Assembly (NCBI GenBank): GCA_963833985.1
Contig: CAWIAD010000002.1
Location: forward strand, 2,432,001-2,496,000
Direction: 5' to 3'
Source: an uncultured Planctomycetaceae bacterium
GTDB lineage: Bacteria; Planctomycetota; Planctomycetia; Isosphaerales; Isosphaeraceae
DNA length: 64,000 nucleotides
Shown here piece by piece: positions 1-11,068 of this stretch (the first letter of the stretch is position 1; every line of letters starts with the position of its first letter). A program made the translations under genes and the position numbers. Below the pieces are notes generated by a model, which searched no databases, was not told the origin of the DNA, and was given only the letters and a program-made list of their open reading frames with translations.

Positions 1-704
1 ATGAACCGGGCCTGAGTGAACAGGTCGGCGCGCAGCTCGAAAGGCACGCGCTGAGCATCCCTGGGCCGGACCAGGACGAACTGCCCGCGCTCGTCGTCGT
101 ACTCGCCGACGAGGAAGCGGGAGAACTCAGGACGCGAAGGCTGGGCGGGCGGCAAATCCAGGGTGGGCAGGTCGCGCGTTTCACGCGGGCCGCCGGCATT
201 CGGGGAACTCCCATCCCCGGAGCCCGGTAACGGCTGCAACTCCAGAGGAGGGAAGAGCGGACCGCGGGGCAGGGGTTCGAGCGCGGTGGGTAGAGAATCC
301 AGCAGGAACGTCGACGGAAGCGCCGGGTCAGGCAGGGCGGGCATCGGAGCCTTCGGTGCCGGCTCCACGCGCTCCAGCCGCCGGTTGAGCTGATCGTATC
401 CCTTGCTCACGGACTCGAGCTGCTTCACCAGCGAGCGGTTTTCCGCGGCAAGCTGAGCGTTCTGTTGCTCCAGGCGTTCCAGGCGGTGAGCCAGCTGTTC
501 GACGGTGGCCGCCGTGGTTGCCGCTGGAGGGCGATCGGTCGGGTTACGAAGAACCTCCGCGGGGGCCGTCTGCGCGGGCAGCGAGGCGTTCCTCAGGCAC
601 AGAAGCACGAGATCGAGGAGCCCCACCCAGATCCAGCGTCGGAAATGCAGTGGGCCACTGCAAGCTGCACAGCGTTCACGGATCGACCATACCGGAGCGG
701 GCAT
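1..704 (-). CDS. Exported protein, possibly an outer-membrane porin (partial; runs off the window edge)
   Basis: Manual minus-strand translation is open from ATG 704 to the edge. It shows a hydrophobic signal-like stretch, a coiled coil (VEQLAHRLERLEQQNAQLAAEN), a Pro-rich linker, then GQFVLVRP...PFELRADLFTQARF, resembling the start of a beta-barrel. Confidence 0.5.
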   Translation of the reverse strand, partial: MPAPVWSIRERCAACSGPLHFRRWIWVGLLDLVLLCLRNASLPAQTAPAEVLRNPTDRPPAATTAATVEQLAHRLERLEQQNAQLAAENRSLVKQLESVSKGYDQLNRRLERVEPAPKAPMPALPDPALPSTFLLDSLPTALEPLPRGPLFPPLELQPLPGSGDGSSPNAGGPRETRDLPTLDLPPAQPSRPEFSRFLVGEYDDERGQFVLVRPRDAQRVPFELRADLFTQARF

Positions 705-975
705 CCGTTGCTCTCATGGTCCGCCGAGGGAAAGCGGGAAATTGGATTCGCGGTACGTCGCGAACGAGTTCACCTGAGGAGTTGCTTGCGGGGCGACACA
801 CGCATGCAGCGCGCCCCGTGAGCCGAATTGCGAGTCCCGGTTCATCCACCTCGTCCTATCGGCACTTCCGGCACAGTCGGTACAGCGAAATTACCAGAAT
901 GGTTCAAGATGCCGCGGCTTCCTGCCGCCAGGACGTGCCTGATCCATGACCCGTGCCATCCGATGAGACAGGAGA

Positions 976-1620
976 TCATGGTTTCGGGTGTGCCGCGATG
1001 ATCCCCAGGCCGGTCAATCCCATGAGCACCAGCTCGACGGCCAGAGCCGTCATGATGACCCCCAGGACCTTGCCCACGACCAGGAGGGCGGTCGAGCCCA
1101 GCGCGCGGACGATGTACTGGCAGTAGCGGAGACATATATAATTGAGCGCCATGATCGTGACGATCACCGCCGAGAGGAAGAGGAATGCACCAAGATCATC
1201 CCGCTGGGCGAGCAAGGAGACGATGGAGACAAGCCCTGAGACCGAGGCCATGAGCGGGATCGCGAGCGGATAGACGGCGATGTCGGGTGCAGGCTCCGCG
1301 GCCTTTCGGTCAATGCCGTTCGCGTTTTCCGGATCCGCCTGCGCTTTACCCATCACCATGTCCAGAGAGAAGAGCAGCACGAGGATCCCGCCGCCGATCT
1401 GAAAGGCGGGGACCGAGACCTTGAGGAGCCTGAGGATGGCCTCGCCGAGAGCCGCAAACAGGAGGCATACGACCAGGGCGGTCAACACCGACCGCAGCGC
1501 CACGCGCTTGATGAACTCCGGGCGGGCTCCGAGGGTGAGCGTGGCGCAAACGACGGTGACCTTGAGCGGCCCGATGGCGGCAAGCAATAGCATGATGATC
1601 TCGGAATGTTTGAATTCCAT
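976..1620 (-). CDS. MarC family membrane protein
   Basis: 214 aa, about 6 TM helices, with motifs AFQIGGGILVLLFSLDM, IAVYPLAIPL and KVLGVIMTALAVEL. Confidence 0.9.
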   Translation of the reverse strand: MEFKHSEIIMLLLAAIGPLKVTVVCATLTLGARPEFIKRVALRSVLTALVVCLLFAALGEAILRLLKVSVPAFQIGGGILVLLFSLDMVMGKAQADPENANGIDRKAAEPAPDIAVYPLAIPLMASVSGLVSIVSLLAQRDDLGAFLFLSAVIVTIMALNYICLRYCQYIVRALGSTALLVVGKVLGVIMTALAVELVLMGLTGLGIIAAHPKP

Positions 1621-1693
1621 GGGCCGGTTTCTTTCTTTGAAACGAAGTTGAGCCTGCGGGGTCATCGCAGCGCGTTCAAAAACAAAGTTAACG

Positions 1694-1734
1694 GCAATGC
1701 CGCGCCCAGTTCCATGACATGCATGAATTGTCAT
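1694..1734 (-). promoter_or_regulatory. Possible sigma54-type promoter and inverted-repeat operator upstream of the MarC gene
   Basis: Minus-strand TGGGCG-N5-TTGC (GG-N10-GC) at 1694-1708; ATGACA-N9-TGTCAT inverted repeat at 1714-1734 in an AT-rich patch. Confidence 0.3.
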
Positions 1735-2352
1735 TAGATCATAGTTAAAAAATGCACGATAGCAGGTACCTGACATGGGTCTTCCCCAGTACTCGCGGTG
1801 CTCCGGTATCCCACTGGAGGGAGGCCAGTCAGAGGGGGCACAATGCGACCTGCACGGTGAGGCCGAGCGGCGCTGCCTGATTCCGGGCAATACCTGCCCG
1901 CTCGTGAAACATGGTCAATCGGCCGCCCGCGGCCGAGAAGCGAATCAGGTTGCCTTGCCGGGACCGGAATTCAGGGCGGTCGCCGCCGGATATCTTTCGA
2001 GCGGGTTTAGGGATAGGGCAGGACGGTGGTCCGGCAACGGTCCTCGCCGCGAGAAGTGGATGCGGCGGTCCCGCAGGGCGGCACGTCCTTCGCATGGAGG
2101 TCTGCATCGTCACCGTTTCGAGGGCCATCGATCAGGCCGGGTGGCTGGCCAAAAAGAATGTGGAAGTCAAGAGGCCCGTGCTTGCCTCTCAGTCGCAAGG
2201 CACGGAGCCGCATGTTGTTGCGATCATATTCAGGGCCCACGGCCGGTCCTGCGTTGCGGAGCGGGAAAGCCCGTGCTGACGCTCTGATTTGCCCACTCGC
2301 CTCACTTGTGAAGAAATATAATTGTTCGTCGCCGTTTTTTCTGAATCTTCAC

Positions 2353-2417
2353 TTGAATCCTGGAGTGCGGCACCCTAGGCTACAGTGGCTGTGGAAAACA
2401 TTGCCGGCATATGCCGG
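2353..2417 (+). promoter_or_regulatory. Putative sigma70 promoter with downstream 14-bp palindrome
   Basis: TTGAAT-N17-TAGGCT at 2353-2381; CCGGCATATGCCGG at 2404-2417. Confidence 0.4.
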
Positions 2418-2576
2418 ATGTGGAGCCACGAACGATCACGTACCTGTAGAGCCGTTTCGCTACGGCACGGCTCTGCCTACTGAGCCCGCAAACGCGCGGG
2501 TTCTCCCCACCTGTTCCCCGGGTTTCAGCGATAGGTATTCACGCCGAATATCGCAACCCATCCGAAGGAGTACAGC

Positions 2577-2951
2577 ATGGCAACGAAACTCATCGACCGT
2601 GAGACGAGATCGACCAGACAGAGCACCGGCGCCGAACAGCTTCGAGTCGACCATGTCCTCGATTCGCGGCACAAGTTCGTGGCAGCCGCACCGACGTACG
2701 TCACCGTTGAGCATGAGGGCGAGGACCTCCGCCTGGCCTTGCCCAGCAATTGCCCGGAGTGCGATTTCCACGTCAAGGGCGCCGTCGGCGAGTTCCTGTT
2801 CCTGATCGGCAGCCAGCATCCGGGTCGGGACGGTGAAACCTACCGCGGTGCCGTCGTGGTGGCACGGAGGCGGAGTGACGGGGTCTACGCCACGGAGCTC
2901 TGGCACGAGACGCATCTCTCGTTCGTGATGCGAGTTGCCACGGCGTTCTGA
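2577..2951 (+). CDS. Hypothetical protein (124 aa, CxxC motif)
   Basis: AAGGAG RBS upstream, host-like GC3 bias, CPEC motif. Confidence 0.75.
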   Translation: MATKLIDRETRSTRQSTGAEQLRVDHVLDSRHKFVAAAPTYVTVEHEGEDLRLALPSNCPECDFHVKGAVGEFLFLIGSQHPGRDGETYRGAVVVARRRSDGVYATELWHETHLSFVMRVATAF

Positions 2952-3253
2952 ACGCCCCACCGGCGCGGTCGTCAGGCAGCATCACAAACTTGCGCCGCCG
3001 GCTTGCGCGGCCGGCAGCAGGTCTCGGGAACCGCCCGGTGATCCGGCATTCCCAGGTCGACACTCCGTTGTGTTCGCTCTTTTCTGATCAGGACCCGCGG
3101 GTCGATTCCGCGGCAGCCTCATTGTGGACTTACCATGAGCGGCTAAGGCCTTGGCGCCCAGGCTGGCCCGGACCAGAGCCGGCCCGGCCTCAGCTCCGGC
3201 GCCGCTGTATCGCTTCAAAACTCATCAATAAACTCAGGTCAAAAGGAAAAAGG

Positions 3254-4048
3254 ATGCAAACGAGGTTTGCGGAATCAACGAGGCCGGCGCTTGTGGGGCC
3301 GGATTTCAGCCTGGTGGGCAAGAAGGCGTACGTGACCGGAGGCTCGCGGGGCATTGGCCGAGCGGTCGCCCTGGCGCTGGCGTCGGCGGGGGCTGACGTC
3401 GCGATCGGCTGCAACACCAGCAGCGACTCGGTCGAGGAAGTCTGCCAGAGCATCCGGGAGGCGGGCCGGAAGGCCGAGTTTTACCCTCACGACCTCTCCC
3501 GGCCCGAGGAAGTGACTCGCGCCTGCGGCGAGGTCCTCGAGGCCTTCGAGGGCATCGACATCCTGGTGAACAACGCGGGAATCACCCGCGACCGGTCGTT
3601 CAAGAAGATGGCCTCCACCGACTGGAACGAGGTCATCGACACGAACCTGAGCAGCGTCTTCCATGTGACCAAGCCGTTCATCGACGGCATGGCCGAGCGC
3701 GGCTGGGGACGGGTGGTGAACATTTCGAGTGTGGTCGGGGTGATCGGCAACTTCGGTCAGGCGAACTACGCGGCCGCCAAGGCGGGTATGATCGGGCTCA
3801 CCAAGACGCTGGCTCGCGAGTACGCTCGCAAAGGTGTGACGGTCAACGCGGTCGCTCCCGGGTTCATTCGCACGCGGATGGTCGACGGTATCCCCGAGAA
3901 GGCCATCGAGGCGGTGGTGGCCATGACTCCGGTGGGCCGTCTTGGAGACCCGGCCGAGATCGGCGCAGCGGTGCTTTACCTCGCTTCGCCGGCTGCCGGC
4001 TTCATCACCGGCCATGTGCTGGACATCAACGGCGGCCTGGCGATGTGA
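3254..4048 (+). CDS. phaB: SDR: acetoacetyl-CoA reductase (PhaB-like) or 3-oxoacyl-ACP reductase
   Basis: TGGSRGIG, NNAGITRDRSFKKM, GNFGQANYAAAKAG (YxxxK) and VNAVAPGFI; the RD..FKKM segment is PhaB-like, but FabG cannot be excluded. Confidence 0.7.
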   Translation: MQTRFAESTRPALVGPDFSLVGKKAYVTGGSRGIGRAVALALASAGADVAIGCNTSSDSVEEVCQSIREAGRKAEFYPHDLSRPEEVTRACGEVLEAFEGIDILVNNAGITRDRSFKKMASTDWNEVIDTNLSSVFHVTKPFIDGMAERGWGRVVNISSVVGVIGNFGQANYAAAKAGMIGLTKTLAREYARKGVTVNAVAPGFIRTRMVDGIPEKAIEAVVAMTPVGRLGDPAEIGAAVLYLASPAAGFITGHVLDINGGLAM

Positions 4049-4171
4049 CCCGGAACCGGAATCGGCCATGAGGAATTCGGAGCGCGGAGTGATAGAGTAT
4101 TCGCGTTCCGATTTCTTTTCGATCGTCCGCGTACCGTTGCCGGCCGCGGGCGGGTTCCGGAGAACAGGGTC

Positions 4172-5479
4172 GTGCAATGGCAGGCCAGGTTGCGGATATT
4201 GGCCGCGGGCAGAGCCTATCCCTGGCTCGTGGTCGTTTTGCTCTGGTTTTGCGGCTTCTTCAACTACGCGGATCGCCAGGGCGTCAACTCCGTCTTTCCA
4301 CTCCTCGAGCGCGAGTTCTCGCTCTCGGACACCCAGCTCGGAGCGCTCGGCACGGCCTTCATGATCGTCTATGCGGTCTGCTCGCCGCTGGCCGGTTACG
4401 TGGTGGATCGCACGAGGCGCCGGATTCTCATTCCCGCGGGGCTGGCCGTCTGGAGCCTGATCTGCGTGGCGACGGGCATGGCCCGGTCGTTTGGCCAGTT
4501 GCTTTTTTTTCGAGCCGCCGAGGGGCTGGGAGAATCGTTTTACTTCCCCGCGTCCGTGTCTCTCCTGGCCGATTATCACGGCAGTGCCACCCGCTCCCGT
4601 GCTCTGGGGATCCATCAGACGAGCGTCTACGTTGGCACGGCCGCCGGCGCGGCGCTGGCCGGCCGCCTGGCCCGCCACTTCGGATGGCGGTTTCCCTTCT
4701 ACGTGCTGGGGCTGGCGGGTACCGCTTATGCTCTCATGCTGGCATTCTTGCTCGTGGAACCGCTGCGGGGCCAGTCTGATGGTCCAGCGCCGCGGGCAAC
4801 TCCCGAATCAGAACCGGGGCAATCCGGCGAGGAACAGGGCGGTGCGGCGCCTCAGCCACTACTGAAGGTTGCACGCGTCCTGGCCAACCGGCCGGCCTTA
4901 CTGCTCTTGTGTGTGTTCATCGGCGCGAACTTCGTGGCTGCGGCCTTCCTGACCTGGTTGCCGACATACATCTATCGCAGCTATGCCCTGGACATCGCCG
5001 ATTCCTCGCTGACTTCCACGGCCTGGCCGCTGGCCAGCCTGGCCGGAGCCCTTTGTGGAGGCGCGCTGGCGGACCGGATGGCGCGGAGGCGACGGGGGGG
5101 ACGCATCCTGGTGCAGTCGGCCGGCCTGCTCCTGGCCGCCCCGTTCGTGTTCCTGGCCGGGCGGGCCGGAACGGTCCCCATGCTCGTCGTCTGGTTGCTG
5201 GCCGCGGGGCTGTGCAAGGGGGTCTACGATGCGAACATCTTCGCCTCGCTCTTCGACGTGGTGGAAGCCGAGGACCGGGGAACGGCGGCCGGATTGATGA
5301 ATTCAGTGGGCTGGACCGGCGGCGCGCTGGCGCCTCTGGTCGTCGGCATGGGATCGAAGCACTATGGCCTGGGCCTGGCGATCGCCTCGACGGCCGGTGT
5401 TTACCTGGCGGTCGGCCTGCTGGCCTTGCGTGTCAGTTACCTCGTGGACGATCGCGGCTTGCTTCCCCGACGGTCGTGA
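4172..5479 (+). CDS. MFS transporter
   Basis: FFNYADRQ, GYVVDRTRRR motif A, RAAEGLGES, about 12 TM segments. Confidence 0.92.
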   Translation: MQWQARLRILAAGRAYPWLVVVLLWFCGFFNYADRQGVNSVFPLLEREFSLSDTQLGALGTAFMIVYAVCSPLAGYVVDRTRRRILIPAGLAVWSLICVATGMARSFGQLLFFRAAEGLGESFYFPASVSLLADYHGSATRSRALGIHQTSVYVGTAAGAALAGRLARHFGWRFPFYVLGLAGTAYALMLAFLLVEPLRGQSDGPAPRATPESEPGQSGEEQGGAAPQPLLKVARVLANRPALLLLCVFIGANFVAAAFLTWLPTYIYRSYALDIADSSLTSTAWPLASLAGALCGGALADRMARRRRGGRILVQSAGLLLAAPFVFLAGRAGTVPMLVVWLLAAGLCKGVYDANIFASLFDVVEAEDRGTAAGLMNSVGWTGGALAPLVVGMGSKHYGLGLAIASTAGVYLAVGLLALRVSYLVDDRGLLPRRS

Positions 5480-5486
5480 TCTCGGC

Positions 5487-7182
5487 ATGGAGAAGACGAA
5501 GTTGGACACTGTGAGCGTCTCCACGAACGCCCCGCGCCACCACGGAAGCGGCTATCACTGGATTCGCGGGGGCGACCTCAATGCGTTCTTCGGCCTGATG
5601 ATTGACAACGTCGGCGGCATGATCCTGATGACGAGCCTGCTGGTCGGCTTCGGCCTGCCTCATCATTTCGTGCTGGGCCGGATGATCCCGGGCACGGCGG
5701 TCGGCGTGCTCGTGGGCGATCTTATCTTCACGGGTATGGCGTTCCGTCTGGCGCGGCGGAGCGGACGGCACGACGTCACGGCGATGCCGCTGGGGCTCGA
5801 TACGCCCAGCACGTTCGGCTCCGTGATCCTGATCATCGGCCCGTCGTTCCGCGCTGCGCTGGGACGCGGCCTGGCGGCGGAGGCGGCGGCCCAGCACGCC
5901 TGGTTCCTGGGAATGACCATGCTGCTGGCCTCCGGCATTTTCAAGCTGGCCTGCGCCCCGATGAGCGGACGCTTGCGTGCGCTGGTGCCGCGTGCCGGGC
6001 TGCTCGGCTCGCTGGCGTCGATCGCCCTGGCGATCATCAGCTTTCTCCCCCTGCTCGACATCGCGGCCTTCCCGGTGGCCGGCTTCGTCTCGCTGGCGAT
6101 CATCCTGGCGACCTTGACGGCGCGGTGGCGGCTTCCCGGGGGCGTTCCCGGCGGCGCTCATGGCTGTGTCGCTGGGGTGCCTGGTCTATTACGCGATGCA
6201 CCTGGCCGGCCTGGGGCCCGGCGCCGGCGGCTCGGGCCCGGCACCAGAGTCGCTCTCCCGGTTCGCCCTGCCTTTGCCCCTGTCCCGCTGGTGGCCCTGG
6301 CTTGGAGAGTCGTGGCCCGAAATTGTGAGTTACCTGCCCGTGGCGCTGCCGCTGGCCCTGGCGACCGTCGTGGGCGGGATCGACTGCACGGAAAGCGCCG
6401 CGGCCGCCGGCGACGATTACCCGACCGGCCAGATCATCGCCGCCGAGGGAGTGGCCACGCTGGTCGGCGGCCTCTTCGGCGGCATCATCCAGTCGACGCC
6501 CTACATCGGCCATCCCGCCTACAAGGCCATGGGCGCCAGGGCCGGCTACACGCTGGCCACCGCGGTCTTCATTGGCACGGCAGGTGTCTTCGGCTATTTC
6601 GACTGGATCTTCTTCCTGGTTCCCCGGGCCGTCGTTTTTCCGATCCTCATCTTCATTGGCCTGGAGATCACGGCCCAGTCCTTTCACGCGACCCCCGTGC
6701 GGCACTATGCGGCGGTTGCCCTGGCGTGCGTTCCCGCACTGGCCTACCTCGCCCAGATCAATCTCAACCAGGTACTCCCGGAGCTGACCAGGCCCTATGC
6801 CGAGCTTTCACCGATGACCCAGCACTGGATCGCCACGGTGACCATGCTTTCGGGAGGGTTCATCATCACGTCGCTGCTCTGGGGAACCTTGCTGGCGGAG
6901 ATGATCGACGGCAGGGTCAAGCGGGCAGCCGGGACGCTGCTGCTGGCGGCTGCATGCTCCTGGTTTGGCATCATTCATTCGCCCCTGCCGTCGAGCCCGG
7001 TGACATCCCCGGCCGCGGTTCTCCGCCAGCTGCGCGAGCAGGGACGGGCGGCAGCCGCCAGCGAGCAGACGCCGTATCACTGGGGCGCGGCGTACGCCGC
7101 CATGGCCATCACGCTGCTGGTGGTCGGAAAAATCAGCACGCGACCGGCGGCCGGCCAGCAAGAACCCCGCGGCGCCACCTGA
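5487..7182 (+). CDS. Xanthine/uracil (NCS2/AzgA-like) permease family protein; frameshift at ~6153
   Basis: GDLNAFFGLMIDN, TAMPLGLDTPS, ESAAAAGDDY and YIGHPAYKAMGARAGY across ORFs 5364.. and 6160..; removing one G at CCCGGCGGCGCTC joins them. Confidence 0.8.
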
Positions 7183-7403
7183 TTCGCCGGCACTCTGATA
7201 TCGAACCCGACGTTCCGGCCCTGGAGCCGGCAGGACCAAGCTAGACGCCGCCGGAGTAAGACCTTAGTCTATTCATGGTCGAGCCAGGACGTGTCTCCAG
7301 GCCGGACCCCGCTCGCAACGGAACCGCGGGTCGGATTCATGTCTCGGACGTCCGGCACGGTGTCGAGCGGCTCTATGACTTGCATGTGTGGATTGGCTGT
7401 GGG

Positions 7404-7432
7404 TTGACCTGGGATCGTTTCGCGCTTAAATT
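7404..7432 (+). promoter_or_regulatory. Putative sigma70 promoter of PTS enzyme I
   Basis: TTGACC-N17-TAAATT. Confidence 0.5.
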
Positions 7433-7512
7433 GGCCAATATCCGGAACCGTGCTGTGGCAGTGGGTGTCCTGTAGTAGTCCGTTGCGTCGGTACCTTCTC
7501 GATGGGCTCGTC

Positions 7513-9281
7513 ATGCACAGTGGTATCGGTGTCAGTCCTGGGGTGGTAGTGGGTGTGGCCTACCGGGTCGAATCGGTGCTCGGCATGGCCGAAGCGAAGA
7601 CCCTGGAGAGTCCGGCCCTGGTGGATGCCGAGATGGCGCGCTTTGACCGGGCCGTGGAGGAGGCCGAGTCCGAGCTCGAGGGCCTGGTGCAGCGGGTTGC
7701 GCAGGAACTCGGCCCCTCGGCAGCGGAGATCTTCCAGACCCACCTTCAGATCCTGGGGGATCCCGGTCTGCTTTCCAGGGTCCATTCGCACATCGAGCAG
7801 CAGCACCTCACGGCGCTTTCCGCGCTCCACCTGGTGATGAATAGTTACGCGGCCCAGTTCGCCCGCATCGAACAGGACTATTTCCGTGAGCGGCTTACCG
7901 ATCTGCGTGACGTGATCTCGCGGATCGGCTCGCACCTGACTCGCCAGAAGGAGCCCAGCAGCAACGGGGCCACCGAGTCCCACGACGGCGAGGAGCCGGT
8001 GATCCTGGTGGCCCACGAGATCCTTCCCAGCCAGGCGATGAGCCTGGGAGATCTGCCGATCGCCGGAATCGTCACGGAGGTCGGCGGCAGCACCAGCCAC
8101 GCGGCCATCCTGCGCGAAGCCGCGGCATTCCGGCCGTCTCGGGGGTCGAGGGGATCATGAACGACGTGGCCAGCGGCGACACGATGGTCGTCGATGGCCG
8201 CGAGGGCCACGTCCTGGTCCGCCCGGACCAGGAAGCGACCATGGCGTACCGCAAGGTTCAGCGCGAGTTCTTCCATCTCAAGGATAGCCTCGTCTCCAAC
8301 CGCGACGAGCCGGCCCGCAGCCTCGACGGCACACGTGCCGAGTTGCTGGCGAACATCAATAATTTGGCCGACGCCCATGCCGCGGGCGCCGTGGGTGCTT
8401 CGGGAGTGGGCCTGTTCCGGACCGAGTATCTTTTCCTGACCCACCATGACGTCCCGGGCGAGGAAGAACAGTACGAGTATTACCGGCAGATCGTGCTCAA
8501 CTCCCCCGACCAAACCGTCACGATCCGCACGCTCGACCTGGGAGGAGACAAGACGGTTCCCTACCTGGGACGCCGGAGCGAGCCGAATCCGTTCATGGGC
8601 TGGCGCTCGATCCGCATTTTCTTCGAGAACCCGAAACTGCTCACCACCCAGATCCGTGCCATTCTCCGCGCGGGGCGGCACGGCAAGGTCTCCATGCTCT
8701 TCCCCATGGTCACCACCCTGGAAGAGCTACGCAAGATCAACAAGATGGTCAAGGATACACGTGATAACCTCCGCCGCGAGGGGGTGCCGTACGCCGACGA
8801 CGTGAAGACGGGGGTCATGGTTGAGGTTCCCGCGGCCGCCTTCTGCATCGAGGCGCTGCTGCGCGAGACAGACTTCATCTCGATCGGCTCCAATGACCTG
8901 ATCCAGTACCTGGTGGCGGCCGACCGCGATAACCCCAAGGTGGCCCACCTCTGCGAGCCGTTGAGCCCGGCCATCTTCCGGGTCTTGCAGATGGTGCTCG
9001 ATGCATGCGGACGCACGGGAACTCCCGTGACGCTGTGCGGAGAGATGGCCGGCCAGCCACGATCGGCGCTGGTGCTCTTCGGCATGGGGCTGAGGCGTTT
9101 CAGCATGAGCCCGGCCTTCGTTCCCACGATCAAGAACCTGCTCGCTGGGGTCACCACGGCGCAGGCCGAGCGATTCTCCCACCACGTGCTCCAGCTGTCG
9201 ACCAGTGATGAGATCCGGGCCTATCTCACGGCCAGACTGCGGGAGATTTCCAGCACCCTGGAAATCCTCGATTCGGTCTGA
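7513..9281 (+). CDS. ptsI: Phosphoenolpyruvate-protein phosphotransferase (PTS enzyme I); frameshift at ~8112
   Basis: GGSTSHAAI phospho-His motif, GVGLFRTEYLF, RTLDLGGDK, EPNPFMGWRSIR, SIGSNDLIQY and LCGEMAG. Confidence 0.93.
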
Positions 9282-9509
9282 CCCTGCCACGCCGGGGCCG
9301 GCCGATGCGCGGGGACCAGCATGTTGCCCCGCGATCCTCGGCTTGATAGGCTGTACGCCCTCAGGGGCCTGACTCCGCCATGCCGCGCCGGAGGCCGTGC
9401 GGTTGCACTGAGGGCGGCAAGCGCCGGCGCGGGGGCTTGCATCGGGTATAGCTCCCGCCACTCGCGTCGTGCTTTCGTTCCACGATCTGGGAATCCAATC
9501 CGAGAGAGT

Positions 9510-9625
9510 TTCTCAGCTTTGAGAAGGCCGGTCTTCGCGGGCCTCATCTCGTTTTTCAGAAACCGTTCGGCTGTATCCGATTACGTCCGTTTGACCTGGC
9601 GTTGTGGAAGTGGCACTCGGTTTGC
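9510..9625 (+). promoter_or_regulatory. sigma54 -24/-12 promoter with upstream palindrome (candidate activator site)
   Basis: TGGCAC-TCGGT-TTGC at 9611-9625; TTCTCA-GCTT-TGAGAA at 9510-9525. Confidence 0.7.
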
Positions 9626-9708
9626 GACTATTTGTCTTTTCGCTTCCACGAGATGAAGTCAGGCAACTCACCGCCCCGTTGAGACGGCGGCACCCAGGAA
9701 TCCAAGCC

Positions 9709-10961
9709 ATGGCAAAACGTCCCAGTGTTCAAGAAATTCTGGAGGCGGCACGAAAGGGCGGCGCGGCCAGTCCCGCGGCCGCACCCGAACCTGTGGCGGA
9801 GCCAGCATCTGTCGAGGAAGCAGTGGAACTGGCGCCCGCCGCGGCCGACGAGGTGGCTGCGGTGGAGCCTGCGCCGCGGCGCCGGCGGCTCCGCCCGCGC
9901 ACGTGCCGACACCGGCCACGCTGGGTCGGCCATTGACGCTCAAGGAGAAGCTGGCCGCGGCCCGCGCGGGCGGCGCGGTCCAGCCGGCCGCCTCGGCCTC
10001 GGCCCCGGCCGTGGCGGCCCCGGCTGTGACGGAGGATGCCGCACCCGCGGCCCCCGCAGTGAAGCCGGCCGTCCCGCCGCCGGCCAGCCCGCTGGGCCGA
10101 CCGATGACGCTCCAGGAGAAGCTGGCCGCGGCGCGCGGCGCCGCGGCTGCACCGGCCGCCGGAACCGCTCCGGCCGCCAGGCCGGCCGCGGCCAAGGCCG
10201 CCGCTCCGGCCGCCAGGGCCGGGGCCGCACGCGTCCTGCCCCCGCTCGAGAAGATCACGGACCCGCGCGACCTGGCCGAGGCCCTGCGCCAGGCAGGAGC
10301 CAGGAAGGCCAAGGAAGCAAGCGCCAAGTCTGCCGAGGCCGCTCCGGCGAAGCCCGCCGCCAAGGCGGCTCCGGCTCCGGCCAAGCCGCAGTCGGTCCTG
10401 CCGAAGCCCAGCAAGACCGCCGCGACCGCACCGGCCGCCGGCCAGACCGATCGCCGCGGTTTCCTGATCGCCGGCCTCTTCGTCTCCTGGGCCGCCGTCG
10501 GCTGGACGGCGTTCACGGCCGGCTGCGTCGCGTTCACCGGCATGATGGGCCGGTTCATGTTCCCCAACGTGCTGGCCGAACCGCCCAGCACGCTCAAGGT
10601 CGGTGAGCCGTCCAGCTACGACCCGAACGACGTGAACGAGCGCTTCAAGGCGGAAGCCGGCTTCTGGATCGTGCGCTCGAATCGCTACAGCGGGCAGGAT
10701 ATCATCTACGCCTTGCAGTCGGTCTGCACGCACCTGGGGTGCCCCCCCAACTGGCTGGCCAACGAGCAGAAGTTCAAGTGTCCCTGCCATGGCAGCGGTT
10801 TCTACATCACCGGCATCAACTTCGAAGGTCCGGCCCCGCGCCCGCTGGAGCGGTTCAAGGTCACCCTCGCCGACGACGGGCAGATCGTGGTGGACAAGAG
10901 CCAGAAATTCCAGCAAGAGCTGGGTCAGTGGTCGGACCCGGACAGCTTCATCGCCGTCTGA
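9709..10961 (+). CDS. petC: Rieske 2Fe-2S subunit of a Rieske/cytochrome b complex, with long Ala/Pro-rich N-terminal extension; frameshift at ~9875
   Basis: CTHLGC and CPCHGS boxes, GPAPRPL, internal Tat motif TDRRGFL plus TM helix. Confidence 0.92.
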
Positions 10962-11068
10962 TCGGCCCATCGAAGTGCTCCCGAGGCGCACCGGCGCCCC
11001 TGGACTCAGCAACTGTAGGCAGTTTGACGAGGCCCCGGTTTCTATCCGAATAAGGCAACGAGAGCCCC

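Noticed and set aside
1911..2279. 122-aa plus-strand ORF
   Set aside because: No recognisable motif, weak codon bias, and competing ORFs in other frames
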